DNA of 64,000 nucleotides from Candidatus Krumholzibacteriia bacterium (GCA_014859985.1 JACZKN010000092.1:5980-69979); one strand, 5' to 3'; shown: positions 47,938 to 57,769, numbered from the stretch's first letter. Numbers and translations are program-made. Notes: generated by a model not told the origin, from the sequence alone.

Positions 47938-49771
47938 CACGTATGAGACCGCCTACCGGGCGGGCTGGCGGCCGGAGCCGCGGCTGACGGTCAGCGAGTG
48001 GGCCGACGAGCACCGCGTGCTGGGCAACCGCTCGGGCCATGCCGCGGTGCACTGGCACACCGACACGACGCCGTACCTGCGCGAGATCATGGACGCTCTG
48101 GGCCCACGGTCTCCGGCCCGCCGGGTCGTGTTCATGAAGGGTTCGCAGCTTGGCGGCACCGAGGCGGGCAACAACTGGCTCGGGTACGTGATGCACCACG
48201 CGCCCGGGCCGATCCTCGTCTTGCGCCCCACCGTGGACGAGGCCCGGCGGTTCAGCCGGCAGCGCCTCGATCCCATGATCGCCACCACGCCCGTGCTCCA
48301 CGAGCTGGTCCGCGAGGCGCGGTCCCGCGACGGCGGCAACAGCCTCCTGATCAAGGAGTTCCCCGGCGGGGTCCTATTCCTGACCGGCTCGAACTCCGCG
48401 ACCGGCGTCAAGTCGATGCCGATCCGCTGGCTCTTCTGCGACGAGATCGACGAGTACCCAGGCGATGTCGACGGGCAGGGCGACCCGATCTCGCTAGCTG
48501 AGAAGCGCACCACCGGCCCCCTCTACTCGCGCCGCAAGGTGTTCCTGGTCTCGACGCCCACGGTCAAGGGCATCTCACGGATCGAGCGGGAGTTCCTCGC
48601 GTCGGACCAGCGGCGGTACTTCGTCCCCTGCCCCGAGTGCGGCCACTTCGACTGGATGCGGTGGGAGAACATCCGATGGCGTGACGACGACCCCAAGACC
48701 GCCGCCATGGCCTGCGTCCACTGCGGCGTCCTGATCGAGGAGCGCTTCAAGCCCCAGATGCTCAATCAGGGGCAATGGCGCCCCACCGCGAAGGGCAACG
48801 GCGAGACGATCGGGTTCCATCTGTCCAGCCTCTACTCGCCGCTGGGCTGGCTGCCATGGTCGGCCACCGTCGCTGAATTCGTGGAGTCCAAAGAGAACCC
48901 ACTCCGGCTGAAGAACTGGGTCAACAGCGTGTTGGGCGAGACCTGGGAAGAACGCGGCGAGACCGTCGACCCGGACAGTCTGCTGGCCCGGGCGGAGCGG
49001 TACGAGGCCGAGGTGTCCACTGGCGTGGGTGTGCTCGTGGCCGCGGTCGACGTGCAGGGTGACCGCCTCGAGTGCGCCGTGAAGGGGTACGGCGCCGCTG
49101 AGGAGTCCTGGCTTGTCGCCTTCTCCCAGTTCCACGGCGATCCGGGGCGCGACCAGGTCTGGCTCGACCTCGACCGCTTCTTGCGAACCGAGTTTGCCCA
49201 CGAGAGCGGCCAGAAGGTCCCGATCTCCTGCGTCGCCGTCGACAGCGGCGGTCATCACTCCGAGCAGGTCTACCGGTTCTGCCGCGCCCGGATCGACCGG
49301 CGAGTGTTCGCCGTTCGTGGTGGCTCCGAACGGGGCAAGCCGCTCGTGGGCCGCCCGTCCGATCACAACCGCTACCGGGCGAAGCTGTTCACCCTCTGCG
49401 TCGACACCGGCAAAGAGATCGTCTACTCGCGGCTGCGCATCGGGTCACCCGGACCCGGCTACTGCCACCTGCCCGAGTGGATCGACGAGGAGTACATCGC
49501 CCAGCTTACCGCCGAGAAGGCCATCCGCAAATGGATCAAGAACCGCGGCACGGTGCGCGAGTGGGTCAAGACCCGCGATCGCAACGAGGCCCTCGACCTC
49601 GAGGTCTACTGCCTGGCCGCCCTCCACATCCTGGGACCCGCCTTCGTGAAGTCCTTGCCCGAGCGCGCAGCGGCCCTGGCCAATCTGCGCGAGGTGCCTG
49701 TCGCGGCCGAGCCGGAGCCGAGCATGCCTTTGCGGCGCCCCCGGGGGTGGATCGATGGCTGGCGAGGGTAG
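47921..49771 (+). CDS. terminase large subunit, lambda gpA family
   Basis: 616 aa; GpA-type N-terminal ATPase (LTVSEWADEHRVL...TPYLREIMDAL) and C-terminal nuclease. Confidence 0.7.
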   Translation: MQNGRDTYETAYRAGWRPEPRLTVSEWADEHRVLGNRSGHAAVHWHTDTTPYLREIMDALGPRSPARRVVFMKGSQLGGTEAGNNWLGYVMHHAPGPILVLRPTVDEARRFSRQRLDPMIATTPVLHELVREARSRDGGNSLLIKEFPGGVLFLTGSNSATGVKSMPIRWLFCDEIDEYPGDVDGQGDPISLAEKRTTGPLYSRRKVFLVSTPTVKGISRIEREFLASDQRRYFVPCPECGHFDWMRWENIRWRDDDPKTAAMACVHCGVLIEERFKPQMLNQGQWRPTAKGNGETIGFHLSSLYSPLGWLPWSATVAEFVESKENPLRLKNWVNSVLGETWEERGETVDPDSLLARAERYEAEVSTGVGVLVAAVDVQGDRLECAVKGYGAAEESWLVAFSQFHGDPGRDQVWLDLDRFLRTEFAHESGQKVPISCVAVDSGGHHSEQVYRFCRARIDRRVFAVRGGSERGKPLVGRPSDHNRYRAKLFTLCVDTGKEIVYSRLRIGSPGPGYCHLPEWIDEEYIAQLTAEKAIRKWIKNRGTVREWVKTRDRNEALDLEVYCLAALHILGPAFVKSLPERAAALANLREVPVAAEPEPSMPLRRPRGWIDGWRG

Positions 49772-49848
49772 CCGGGGCCGATCCCGGCCGGGAGGTGGCC
49801 TTCAGAAACGCCAGATTCTGGCCCCATTCCGCCAATCCGCGCGCGGCC

Positions 49849-49872
49849 ATAATGCACTGCGAATAATGCACT
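49849..49872 (+). repeat. direct repeat ATAATGCACT x2 (14-bp period) in AT-rich patch after terminase
   Basis: cataatgcactgcgaataatgcactt read directly. Confidence 0.5.
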
Positions 49873-49963
49873 TAACGGTCGATTCGCCTTCCCATTCGGC
49901 CGCGAAAGCTCGTCACTGTCAGTGCGACGGGCACGGGGCCCGGCGCCCCGAAAGGAGCTCATC

Positions 49964-50230
49964 ATGACGGTCAACGAGATGATCGAACGCCTGCAGGAGG
50001 CCGCCGACGACGGGTTCGGCGAGTGCGAGGTGCGCCTCGCCTTCCAGCCCAGTTGGCCCCTGCAATTCACCGTCGCCGGGATCGCCACGCCGGACGACGA
50101 GTCCCGCGCCCAAGGCAAACCCGACGAAGAACCCGATGACGCCGCCTCGGTGGTCTACCTCGTCGAAGGCGGCCACCCCGATGACGACTCCCCCTACGCG
50201 CCGGCCTGGGCCTTCGCCGCGGCACAGTGA
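49964..50230 (+). CDS. small hypothetical protein
   Basis: AAAGGAG SD before ATG. Confidence 0.4.
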   Translation: MTVNEMIERLQEAADDGFGECEVRLAFQPSWPLQFTVAGIATPDDESRAQGKPDEEPDDAASVVYLVEGGHPDDDSPYAPAWAFAAAQ

Positions 50231-50243
50231 GGAGGTCGGCCCC

Positions 50244-50456
50244 ATGGCACCCAAAAACGATCGACCCGCCCGGCTCCGCTTCAGCGACGGGATGGAATTC
50301 GACCTCAGCGGCGACCTGCGGGTCGTCCACCGGCGCGACGGCTGGTACGTCGTCGGCCGGGGGATGCTCATCCCCGTCGCCGATCGCGAAGAAGGTAATC
50401 GCACGGTCGCGCAGATGACGAACGAAGGAGGCAGCGACGATGCGCTACGGACCTGA
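50244..50456 (+). CDS. small hypothetical protein
   Basis: GAGGAGG SD. Confidence 0.4.
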   Translation: MAPKNDRPARLRFSDGMEFDLSGDLRVVHRRDGWYVVGRGMLIPVADREEGNRTVAQMTNEGGSDDALRT

Positions 50457-50766
50457 TGACAAGTTCTGGGTCGTGGTCGACCCGAAGCCCCACAGCACGC
50501 TCGAGGACCTCGTGTTCGAGGCCTCGTTGCGCGACCTCGATCTGCAATTCAAAGGCGGACTGCAGATCGACGAGAACCCGACCCTGTTCACCGACCGGCA
50601 GGAGGCGCGCCTCGAGGCCTACGGACGGCTGACCGCCATGCGGGCCAGCCAGGCCATCCTGCGCGCCGGCCGCGAGAACCCGAACACCAGGATCGACCGC
50701 GTCGAGGTCTACGGCGCGGACGGAGAGTTGGTGTTCGCGGCGGACATTCCGCGGGAGGTCGACTGA
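50440..50766 (+). CDS. hypothetical protein
   Basis: GAAGGAGG SD. Confidence 0.4.
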   Translation: MRYGPDDKFWVVVDPKPHSTLEDLVFEASLRDLDLQFKGGLQIDENPTLFTDRQEARLEAYGRLTAMRASQAILRAGRENPNTRIDRVEVYGADGELVFAADIPREVD

Positions 50767-50767
50767 C

Positions 50768-51019
50768 ATGGCAAAGACCGCGACACCCCGGTTCGGCCTG
50801 AAGGCCCATCAAGTGTTCTGGAACGAGCGGGGCAGCATCGTCTGCGCCTGCTGCCACATCCCGTACCCCGGGTCCGACACCTGGATCTGGGAGCGGTGGG
50901 AAGAGATCACGCCCGCTGACATGGCGGAGATCGACCGCCAGGGCGGGCGCGTGGCGTGCGAGGGCTGCGGCAAGGAGCCCAGCCGGATCGTGCGTCTGGA
51001 CCCGAGCGAGAGGAACTGA
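50768..51019 (+). CDS. small Cys-rich (zinc-finger-like) protein
   Basis: CACC...C..C and CEGCG motifs. Confidence 0.4.
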   Translation: MAKTATPRFGLKAHQVFWNERGSIVCACCHIPYPGSDTWIWERWEEITPADMAEIDRQGGRVACEGCGKEPSRIVRLDPSERN

Positions 51020-51022
51020 ACC

Positions 51023-51283
51023 ATGGCCAAGACCACCAAGAAGACCACCCGGGCCCGCAAGCCCGCCGCCGAGAAGCCGGCCGCCGAGGCCAAGACCAAG
51101 GCCCCGCGCGAAGAGCTCTGCGTGTTCGCGTTCCGGCTGACCGAGGCCGAGCGCGACGCCATCCACAAGGCCGCCGGGCCGGCGAAGGCCTCGAAGTTTG
51201 CACGCAGCCTGCTGGTGGCCGCCGCGACGAAGGACGAGGCGGCGGTTCGGGCGATCATGAAGGAGGTCGTATCCGAAGCCTAG
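51023..51283 (+). CDS. small ribbon-helix-helix-like DNA-binding protein
   Basis: Basic N-tail then CVFAFRLTEAERDAIHKAA strand-helix pattern. Confidence 0.35.
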   Translation: MAKTTKKTTRARKPAAEKPAAEAKTKAPREELCVFAFRLTEAERDAIHKAAGPAKASKFARSLLVAAATKDEAAVRAIMKEVVSEA

Positions 51284-51311
51284 CTCGCTGGAACCCGTTC
51301 TGAACCGACGA

Positions 51312-51331
51312 CCTCTCGGCGAGCCGAGGGG
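51312..51331. terminator. hairpin CCTCTCGGC-GA-GCCGAGGGG between convergent gene sets (bidirectional terminator candidate)
   Basis: 9-bp stem with one mismatch, followed by TCTTCGG. Confidence 0.4.
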
Positions 51332-51341
51332 TCTTCGGCAT

Positions 51342-51659
51342 TCATGTCGACTCCTCCGCCGACTTGCCCCCACTCTCATGCTCCCCGTTCACGAGCGCAC
51401 GGATCTGCCCGAGGATCGCTGCCTCAAACTGCCCGGCAGTCTCACGATCGATCGGGTGATGCAGCGGGTGAGGTCGGCCATTGGTCGCGAGCTTTCGCGG
51501 GTAGGTCAGGAACAGGTGGCCGGTCGGGTCGCGGCGGATGGCGATGTCATTGAGCAGGACGCCGCCGTAGCGGCAGGAGGCGAAGGCGACCAGGCCGCTG
51601 GTAGCGTCGGGGGCCAGGCGGATCCGGACTTCGGCGATCAAGTTCTCGGCGCTCTTCAT
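51342..51659 (-). CDS. spoVG: SpoVG-family nucleic-acid-binding protein
   Basis: EVRIRL..LVAFASCRYGGVLLNDIAIRRDPTGHLFLTYPRK....HPLHHPIDRETAGQFEAAIL matches the SpoVG pattern (DVRLR..AFASIT.D..FVVHDIRVIEG.NGLFVAMPSR...HPIN..TR..I). Confidence 0.65.
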   Translation of the reverse strand: MKSAENLIAEVRIRLAPDATSGLVAFASCRYGGVLLNDIAIRRDPTGHLFLTYPRKLATNGRPHPLHHPIDRETAGQFEAAILGQIRALVNGEHESGGKSAEEST

Positions 51660-51842
51660 GACGTGACGACCTCCGGGTCAGTGACCTGAATGAGCGGATC
51701 CTCGGATTGGCTGCGTCGGTCCCGCCAGGCTCGGGCCCGGCATGCGTCCGAACAGAACCTCTTCGGTTGTCCGCGTCGCGTGTTCTGGGGTTCGAACTCC
51801 CGCCCGCACAGGCCGCAGAACGAAATCAGAGGCCCCGGCATT
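51656..51842 (-). CDS. small zinc-ribbon protein (CGLCG...FCSDACRARAWRDRR)
   Basis: Internal ATG at 51842; the longer track ORF runs through the iteron repeats and is unlikely to be coding. Confidence 0.4.
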
Positions 51843-52023
51843 CCGTTCGTTTCGGTTTCAGGTGCCTGGATACCTCCTGGCCTCTCCGCTTCGCTCAGAG
51901 CGCCTCCTGGACAGCCGTCCTCGTGCAGCGACTGTACCGCCAGAGAATCGCCGCCGGCGTGGCCGGAACTACCTTCACCCCGCCTATACGCGCGCACGCT
52001 GAAAACGGGGGGTATTTCCGTGA

Positions 52024-52195
52024 GGGGGGAAGATGGGGAAGGAAGGGAAGGAAGTAGAAGAGAGTGTGTCTTATAACGAGTTACATACCGAGCATTCTTC
52101 ACCTTCGTTCACCTTCCTTCACCCCGAAATCGACCTTCGAAGAGGCTTCCTTCACCTTCGTTCACCTTTCTTCACTGCTTCCTTCACCCTTCCCC
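52024..52195. repeat. iteron-like repeat field: (GGAAG)n tract then >=7 copies of TTCAC(C/T) in two 27-bp units TTCACCTTCGTTCACCTT(C/T)CTTCAC; candidate phage replication origin
   Basis: Read directly; located at the 3' end/downstream of the primase gene. Confidence 0.55.
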
Positions 52196-54379
52196 CTTCG
52201 CCGAGCCTGACGATGATCCAGCCAGACGGTAGATCCGACCTGTCCGGCCGGAAGTCGCCTGTACCTGGACGACGATGTCGCCTCGCTGCTCGAGCGTGGT
52301 CACCAGACCGGAGAAGCTCTTGGCGTCGGTCTTCATCCGCTTCAGCAACACGCCATGGGGCAGCGCCCGGTCCGGAGCGGCACGCAGCTTCTGAAGGAAC
52401 CGCAGGCACTCGGCATGGAACGGATTGTCCGCGACATGGGATTGGGCCATGAACAACATCCGCTTGGTCTGGTGCAGGATGAGGCGGCTGGCCCAGGACG
52501 CGGCCGTCTTGCCGATCTCGGGTCGCTCGTGGTTCTCGCTCACGGCGTAGATCAGCGCGAGTTTGCGGGCGTGCTCGCTGACTCTGCCCCAGACGGTCGT
52601 CCCTACGCTGTCGTCGGCCGCCTCCGCCCTGGCATACTCAGCCTCGGCTTCGAGCCTGGTCTCGACCAGGACGTCCGTCGCCTCGTCGGTGTGCGGAACG
52701 ACACGCGGCACGGGATGCCAGTTCTCGAGGTTTCCGGTGCCGGCCCTGAAGTCCGCCCACCACTGCGCCGTCTCGAGCACGCGCTCCGGCATCGGAAGCA
52801 GCCGCGGTTCCCGCCCGGTCGAGCGGCTGCCGCACTCCAGAACGATCATCCGGGCGAAGAATCCGTTCGTCAGCATCCGCTCCGACAGCGCCTCGTAGTA
52901 GTGGTTCGGTATCGCCGTGCCGAAGACCACCAAGCAGGGCTGGTCGATGGCCCCAGGCGCGTCTCGGCCTGCCTTGCGGCGCATCGGGAAGATCGAGTTG
53001 GCCGACGAGTACATGGTCAGGAGCGTTTCCATGATGCTCTCGTACCGGGCGTCGCGCGCCTTGTTGATCGACTGGAGCATGCCGTCGATCTCGTCGGTCT
53101 GGAAAAGCATGGCCGGCTCGGTGAACAGCGCATCCTGCAGGCCCTCGCCCGAGGCGAACCGCCCGCCGATCTGACCGGACATGCCGAGCGTGTGCAGGAT
53201 CTCGGCGTTGATCTTGCGCGGGCGGTCCTTACCCGCAGACGAGTGGGCAAGGCCGAGGATGTAGACGTTCGTCCTGTTGTCGCCGGGGTCACGCACCTTG
53301 CGCCCTGCGAGCGTGGCCAGCAGCGCCAGCGCGCCGGCGAAGGCCATGGAGCTGTTCGGATACGGAGCCGTCTCCAGGCAGTAGTCCATGACCTCGGAGA
53401 CGAAGCCGGGGATACGGAGGAGTTCGACCGGCAGCGGGCCGGGATCTGGCATCTCGGGCACGCTATCCTCGGGCTCGGTCGCCCCGGGATTGTCCTGCCG
53501 CCAGTGGTCTTCCACCACGGCGACGGCGACCTGGTCGGGCTCGTACCGGGCGATGCTGGTCGCGATCCGCTGGACCTCCCGGTCCTTCAGCGGCGGGCTG
53601 CAGCGGTCGAGATTGGCCCGGACCAGGGCGGCCAGGATCTCCTCCTGGCTCATCCCCACCCGGCGCATGGCCCCGCCCAGTCGCGCCAGCGTGGCGTTCC
53701 GGTGCCCGGCTGGTATATCGTTGCCACCGGCGGCCGCCGGTGCGCACGGGGGCGCCGCGGGCGCGCCCTGGGCCGCAACCGGCCGTTCCTCAGCGGGCCC
53801 GCCTGGCTCCTTGGCAAAGAGGTCCGCGCCACCTTCGACCCGGGATCCAAGCCACGCGGGGGCTTTGGGCTGATCGGCCAGTCCCACCTCGAGCGCCCGG
53901 ACCCACTGATACGGCTTGCCGCCCACCACCGAGGGCGGCAGGACGATGTAGCCGCCGTTGGCCCTGGTGTCGACTTTCGGAGCGAGCCGACCGGCGGTGC
54001 TGCTCCAGCTCTTGCCCGCCGGCTGCCGGAAGATGTAGTGCCGGCCGCCGCGAGGCGTCATGGAGAGCGGGCAGTCCCCGAGGCCTTCCAGGTCGTCGCC
54101 GGGCCACGGATTGTCCGCCCCGTCGACGTCCACGACCAAGAGGCCGGCGGTCGGCATGCCGATGTTCGCATCCGGTCGAGCCGTCCACCAGGCCTCGATC
54201 TGGCCGGCGTCCGTGGTGGCGTCAAGGAACCCGTGCGGCGTCGCGGGGGCCTTCCCGCCCGGCACGCACGGAAAGACCGGGTACCCGAGTTCCGCATACC
54301 TCAACGCTGCCTGCAGTAATGTCGTCCCGGTCTCGGTCATAGACACCCGATCGCGGTCAGAAGGGTAGGTCATCGTCAT
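52184..54379 (-). CDS. bifunctional DNA primase/polymerase (PrimPol domain) with large C-terminal region
   Basis: LGYPVFPCVPGGKAPATPHGFLDATTD...LVVDVD prim-pol N-terminal signature. Confidence 0.65.
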   Translation of the reverse strand: MTMTYPSDRDRVSMTETGTTLLQAALRYAELGYPVFPCVPGGKAPATPHGFLDATTDAGQIEAWWTARPDANIGMPTAGLLVVDVDGADNPWPGDDLEGLGDCPLSMTPRGGRHYIFRQPAGKSWSSTAGRLAPKVDTRANGGYIVLPPSVVGGKPYQWVRALEVGLADQPKAPAWLGSRVEGGADLFAKEPGGPAEERPVAAQGAPAAPPCAPAAAGGNDIPAGHRNATLARLGGAMRRVGMSQEEILAALVRANLDRCSPPLKDREVQRIATSIARYEPDQVAVAVVEDHWRQDNPGATEPEDSVPEMPDPGPLPVELLRIPGFVSEVMDYCLETAPYPNSSMAFAGALALLATLAGRKVRDPGDNRTNVYILGLAHSSAGKDRPRKINAEILHTLGMSGQIGGRFASGEGLQDALFTEPAMLFQTDEIDGMLQSINKARDARYESIMETLLTMYSSANSIFPMRRKAGRDAPGAIDQPCLVVFGTAIPNHYYEALSERMLTNGFFARMIVLECGSRSTGREPRLLPMPERVLETAQWWADFRAGTGNLENWHPVPRVVPHTDEATDVLVETRLEAEAEYARAEAADDSVGTTVWGRVSEHARKLALIYAVSENHERPEIGKTAASWASRLILHQTKRMLFMAQSHVADNPFHAECLRFLQKLRAAPDRALPHGVLLKRMKTDAKSFSGLVTTLEQRGDIVVQVQATSGRTGRIYRLAGSSSGSAKGEG

Positions 54380-56078
54380 CGTGCGGGTTGTATGCCCGCA
54401 CGCCGCCCTCGATCATCGCGCCCACCGGCTCGAGGTCATCGTCCATCCCGGGCTCCCGCCATGGCGGACGATCGCCCAGCTCGTAGCCCACGATCTGCGG
54501 GAACTGCTCCCCGACCACCGTTCGCACGGTGATGGTGCCGGTCTCGCAGAGGGCTCCGTCCTGGGCCAGGGCCGCGGCCTCGGCCGCCGTCGGCGGCACC
54601 GGAGCGTTCGACCGCTTCCGCCACCACGACTCGGCCTTGTGGCGAGCCCAGCCGCCGTGCTCGAAGCAGATCCATTCGCTGTAGTACTGGTGGAACCCAA
54701 CCTCGTACTCGACCCGCAGCGTCTTGGGCGCATCCTCCGGCGCGCCCTTCTTCGTGTGGACGCTGAAGAACACCTCGCGGACCTCGTGGACCGACGTCGT
54801 GACCTCACCCGACAGGATGCCCTCGGTGGACGCTGTGGCGTCGTGCTGTTGCCGTTCCGGCGGTGGGAACTCGTAGCCGCAGTCAGGGCACACCGTATAG
54901 CCGGTGGCGATCAAGCTCCTGCACACGGGGCACTGCTTGGCCGGCGCCTCGCCGCCCATGCGGTGGTGGACCTCCCGGACCCGGATGGCGTCGACCGGCC
55001 CGTGCCGCAGCACGTTGCCGCCGAAGTCCAGGACCAGACAGTTCTCCTTCCCCTCGCACAGACGGAAGCCCCGGCCGACCATCTGGTAGTAGAGGCCCGG
55101 GGACAGCGTCGGCCGCATCATGGCCACGCAGTCGATGTTCGGGGCGTCGAACCCCGTGGTGAGAACGTTGACGTTGACCAGGTACTTGATCCGGCCCTCT
55201 TTGAACTGAGCCAGGACCCGGTCGCGCTCCTCGCTCGCCGTCTCGCCGAACACCGTGGCCACGGGCTCGCTCGTCATCCGGCCCAGCACCGCGGCGACGT
55301 GCTCCGCGTGCCGGATACCGGAGGTGAACACGAGCACCGACCGGCGCACCTGCGCCTGCTCGACGATCTCCCGACAGGCCGACTCCACGAGCTCGTCGGT
55401 GTCCATCAGATCCTCGGCCTCACTGGCGATGAACTCGCCCGCGCGCACGTGCAGACTCGAGGTGTCCAGCGGCTGCGCCGCGCCCTTGGTCACCAGGGGG
55501 CAGAGGTAGCCCTGGACGATCAGCTCCTTCACACCGATCTCGTAGCAGACCTCGTTCAGGACGTTGCCCGGCTCACAGATCATCCCGCTCTTCATCCGGA
55601 ACGGCGTCGCGGTCAGGCCGATCACCCGCAAGTGCGGGTTCACCTTCCTGGCGTCGTCGAGGAACGTCCGGTACATCCCATCCCCATCGGGCGGGATCAT
55701 GTGGGCCTCGTCGATGATCACCAGGTCGAACGCGTCGAGCTCGCAGGCCCGCTTGTACACCGACTGGATGCCCGCGATGATAATCGGGTGCTCGGTGTCG
55801 CGGCTCTTCAGGCCGGCCGAGTAGATCCCCGTCTTCATCCACATCTCGGGCGCCACGACCTGGATCTTCTCCAGCGCCTGCTCGAGTAACTCCTTCACGT
55901 GAGCCAGGATCAAGACTCGGCCGTTCCACCGGCCCACCGCGTCCCGGCAGACCGTGGCCATGACCGGCGTCTTGCCCCCGCCGGTGGGGATCACCACGCA
56001 GGGATTGTCTTCCCGGTCCCGCAGATGCTGATAGATCGCGTCCACCGCCTCCTGCTGATAGGGCCTCAGTTCAAGCAT
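54357..56078 (-). CDS. SF2 DEAD/DEAH-box DNA helicase with zinc ribbon
   Basis: VIPTGGGKT, DLVIIDEAH, GLTATP, QMVGRGFR; CPVCR..CPDCG. Confidence 0.65.
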   Translation of the reverse strand: MLELRPYQQEAVDAIYQHLRDREDNPCVVIPTGGGKTPVMATVCRDAVGRWNGRVLILAHVKELLEQALEKIQVVAPEMWMKTGIYSAGLKSRDTEHPIIIAGIQSVYKRACELDAFDLVIIDEAHMIPPDGDGMYRTFLDDARKVNPHLRVIGLTATPFRMKSGMICEPGNVLNEVCYEIGVKELIVQGYLCPLVTKGAAQPLDTSSLHVRAGEFIASEAEDLMDTDELVESACREIVEQAQVRRSVLVFTSGIRHAEHVAAVLGRMTSEPVATVFGETASEERDRVLAQFKEGRIKYLVNVNVLTTGFDAPNIDCVAMMRPTLSPGLYYQMVGRGFRLCEGKENCLVLDFGGNVLRHGPVDAIRVREVHHRMGGEAPAKQCPVCRSLIATGYTVCPDCGYEFPPPERQQHDATASTEGILSGEVTTSVHEVREVFFSVHTKKGAPEDAPKTLRVEYEVGFHQYYSEWICFEHGGWARHKAESWWRKRSNAPVPPTAAEAAALAQDGALCETGTITVRTVVGEQFPQIVGYELGDRPPWREPGMDDDLEPVGAMIEGGVRAYNPHDDDDLPF

Positions 56079-56424
56079 CGACGATCTCCTCCAGGCGCAC
56101 GAGGGTGCGGCCGCCGCGGACCGACCCGCGCATCTCGATGTTCAGTTTCTTGATCTGGCTGTCGTCCGTGTACAGGCCGCCGTGCTGCAGAGCGTCTAGG
56201 AGCGCCTTCTGCACGTTGTCGATGTCCCTGCGCTGCCGGTCCGGCGGATAGACCTCGATCTCCAGATGCAGGGGCCCGTCCAGGCTCCCGATCCCGAGGC
56301 CGGCGAGGATGGCGCAGACCCGCTCGCGGAACCTGCGCCCCTCGCGGCTGATGAGCGTCCGGGGCCCGACCCGCCGGTAGTAGTGGTTCACCGACGGAGG
56401 GAACGGGAGCTCGACCTCGATCAT
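56071..56424 (-). CDS. rusA: RusA-family Holliday junction resolvase
   Basis: MIEVELPFPPSVNHYY start; ATGA coupling to upstream gene. Confidence 0.6.
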   Translation of the reverse strand: MIEVELPFPPSVNHYYRRVGPRTLISREGRRFRERVCAILAGLGIGSLDGPLHLEIEVYPPDRQRRDIDNVQKALLDALQHGGLYTDDSQIKKLNIEMRGSVRGGRTLVRLEEIVDA

Positions 56425-56876
56425 CGCCGGGCCCAGGGCGGCGTGCTCGAGGTCTCCTGCTGAGGCACACCCGCGGCGGCGTCTTTGCGCGCGTAGCCGC
56501 GGATCTCGTTGACCACGTCGCCCGTGTCGTCGCGCTTCTTGCACTTGACCGTGATCTGCAGGGGCAGGTTGTGCAGTTCGACCGAGTCCTTGGGCTGCAG
56601 CACGCCGACCGCCCGGCAGATCGCCGACAGTTCGCCCTGGGCGATCTGGACCGCCTGGCGGTTCGGGTTGTCCAGGTTGAGCCGCGCCCAGAGCATCCGG
56701 TTCTTGAACTCGCCGTCAATCACCTGGAACGTCAGCTCGAGGAAGTGGCCCGTGCCGCTCTTGGTCGGCTTCATCTGCGATTCGGTGATGACGGTGAGGT
56801 ACTTGCCCGCGGGCAGCGGCTCGAAATCGGTCGCGGGGTCGACGGTCGCGGCATCGAAGCCGTTGAGGTTCGCCAT
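56421..56876 (-). CDS. DUF669-family phage protein
   Basis: MANLNGFDAATVDPATDFEPLPAGKYLTVITESQMKPTKSG..FLELTFQVIDGEFKNR; start taken from internal ATG at 56876. Confidence 0.5.
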   Translation of the reverse strand: MANLNGFDAATVDPATDFEPLPAGKYLTVITESQMKPTKSGTGHFLELTFQVIDGEFKNRMLWARLNLDNPNRQAVQIAQGELSAICRAVGVLQPKDSVELHNLPLQITVKCKKRDDTGDVVNEIRGYARKDAAAGVPQQETSSTPPWARR

Positions 56877-56878
56877 GG

Positions 56879-57679
56879 TTACTTCGCTCCTTTGGTCTTG
56901 CCGCCCTGGGGCGCGCTCACAGGTTCGGGGTGGATGTGCTGGGCGTAGACGTTCCAGTCCAGCGGCATCTCTTCGGGAAGGGCGAGGCGGTTTTTGGCCA
57001 CGTGGGCGGGGCGCTCGACCGTGCGCAGCACGCGCTCGCCGGTGCCGATGCCCTGGTTGCGCTTGCGGTCGAAGCCCTCGTCGGTCTGCTTGGTGAAGAC
57101 CTTGAACGTGGCGAACATGACCTCGTCGCACCACTCCTGCAGAACCTGGGAAGCCAGGCGGTGCAGGCGCGGCACGTAGCGGTCGTAGGACTCGGTCTCG
57201 GGGTTCTCGAAGCGTTCGATGCGGGCGTGGGCGATCAGGATCGTCGTCATGCCCTTCTCGCTGCGCAGCGCCGACAGGCCCTCGATGAACTCGCGCCACT
57301 GCGTCAGGGCGAACACGTAGCCCTTGGCGTAGCCGATGTCCTCGATGCTCTCGACGTTGCGCCGACGGCACACGTCGGCCCAGATGAGCCGCTCCAACCA
57401 GTCCAGCGAGTCGATCACGACAGTTCGATAGGAGTGCTCGTCGGTGTAGAGCTCCGACAGGGCCTGCATGGCCTGATCGAACGTCGTGGTGACGGGGAAC
57501 TTGGCGCAGTCGATCTCGCCAAGGCCGTCCTCGGTCTGGATGAACACCGGGTTGGGCGCGTAGCTGGCGAAGGTCGACTTCCCAATGCCGTGGGTGCCGT
57601 AGAGCATCACCCGCCTGGGCGCCGGACTTCGTCCGCTGATGACTTGCTGCAAGAGTTTCACGGTAGTCTCTCCTTCCAT
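56879..57679 (-). CDS. Sak4-like RecA-family ATPase (AAA_24)
   Basis: Walker A MLYGTHGIGKST, VVIDSLDWLERL, ILIAHA. Confidence 0.6.
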   Translation of the reverse strand: MEGETTVKLLQQVISGRSPAPRRVMLYGTHGIGKSTFASYAPNPVFIQTEDGLGEIDCAKFPVTTTFDQAMQALSELYTDEHSYRTVVIDSLDWLERLIWADVCRRRNVESIEDIGYAKGYVFALTQWREFIEGLSALRSEKGMTTILIAHARIERFENPETESYDRYVPRLHRLASQVLQEWCDEVMFATFKVFTKQTDEGFDRKRNQGIGTGERVLRTVERPAHVAKNRLALPEEMPLDWNVYAQHIHPEPVSAPQGGKTKGAK

Positions 57680-57769
57680 TGCAGGTTGGTGGGGAAGCGG
57701 GCGGACCTAGGGAGTCCCGACGCGCTCGGGCGACAGCGCGTCACGCCATTCCGCCCGATTCCGCCTGTG

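Noticed and set aside
51656-52102. Full 148-aa track ORF for the zinc-ribbon protein
   Set aside because: N-terminal two-thirds is translated iteron repeats (SLPSPSSPL...); shortened to the internal ATG at 51842.
52355-54319. 654-aa plus ORF
   Set aside because: Antisense to the PrimPol gene.
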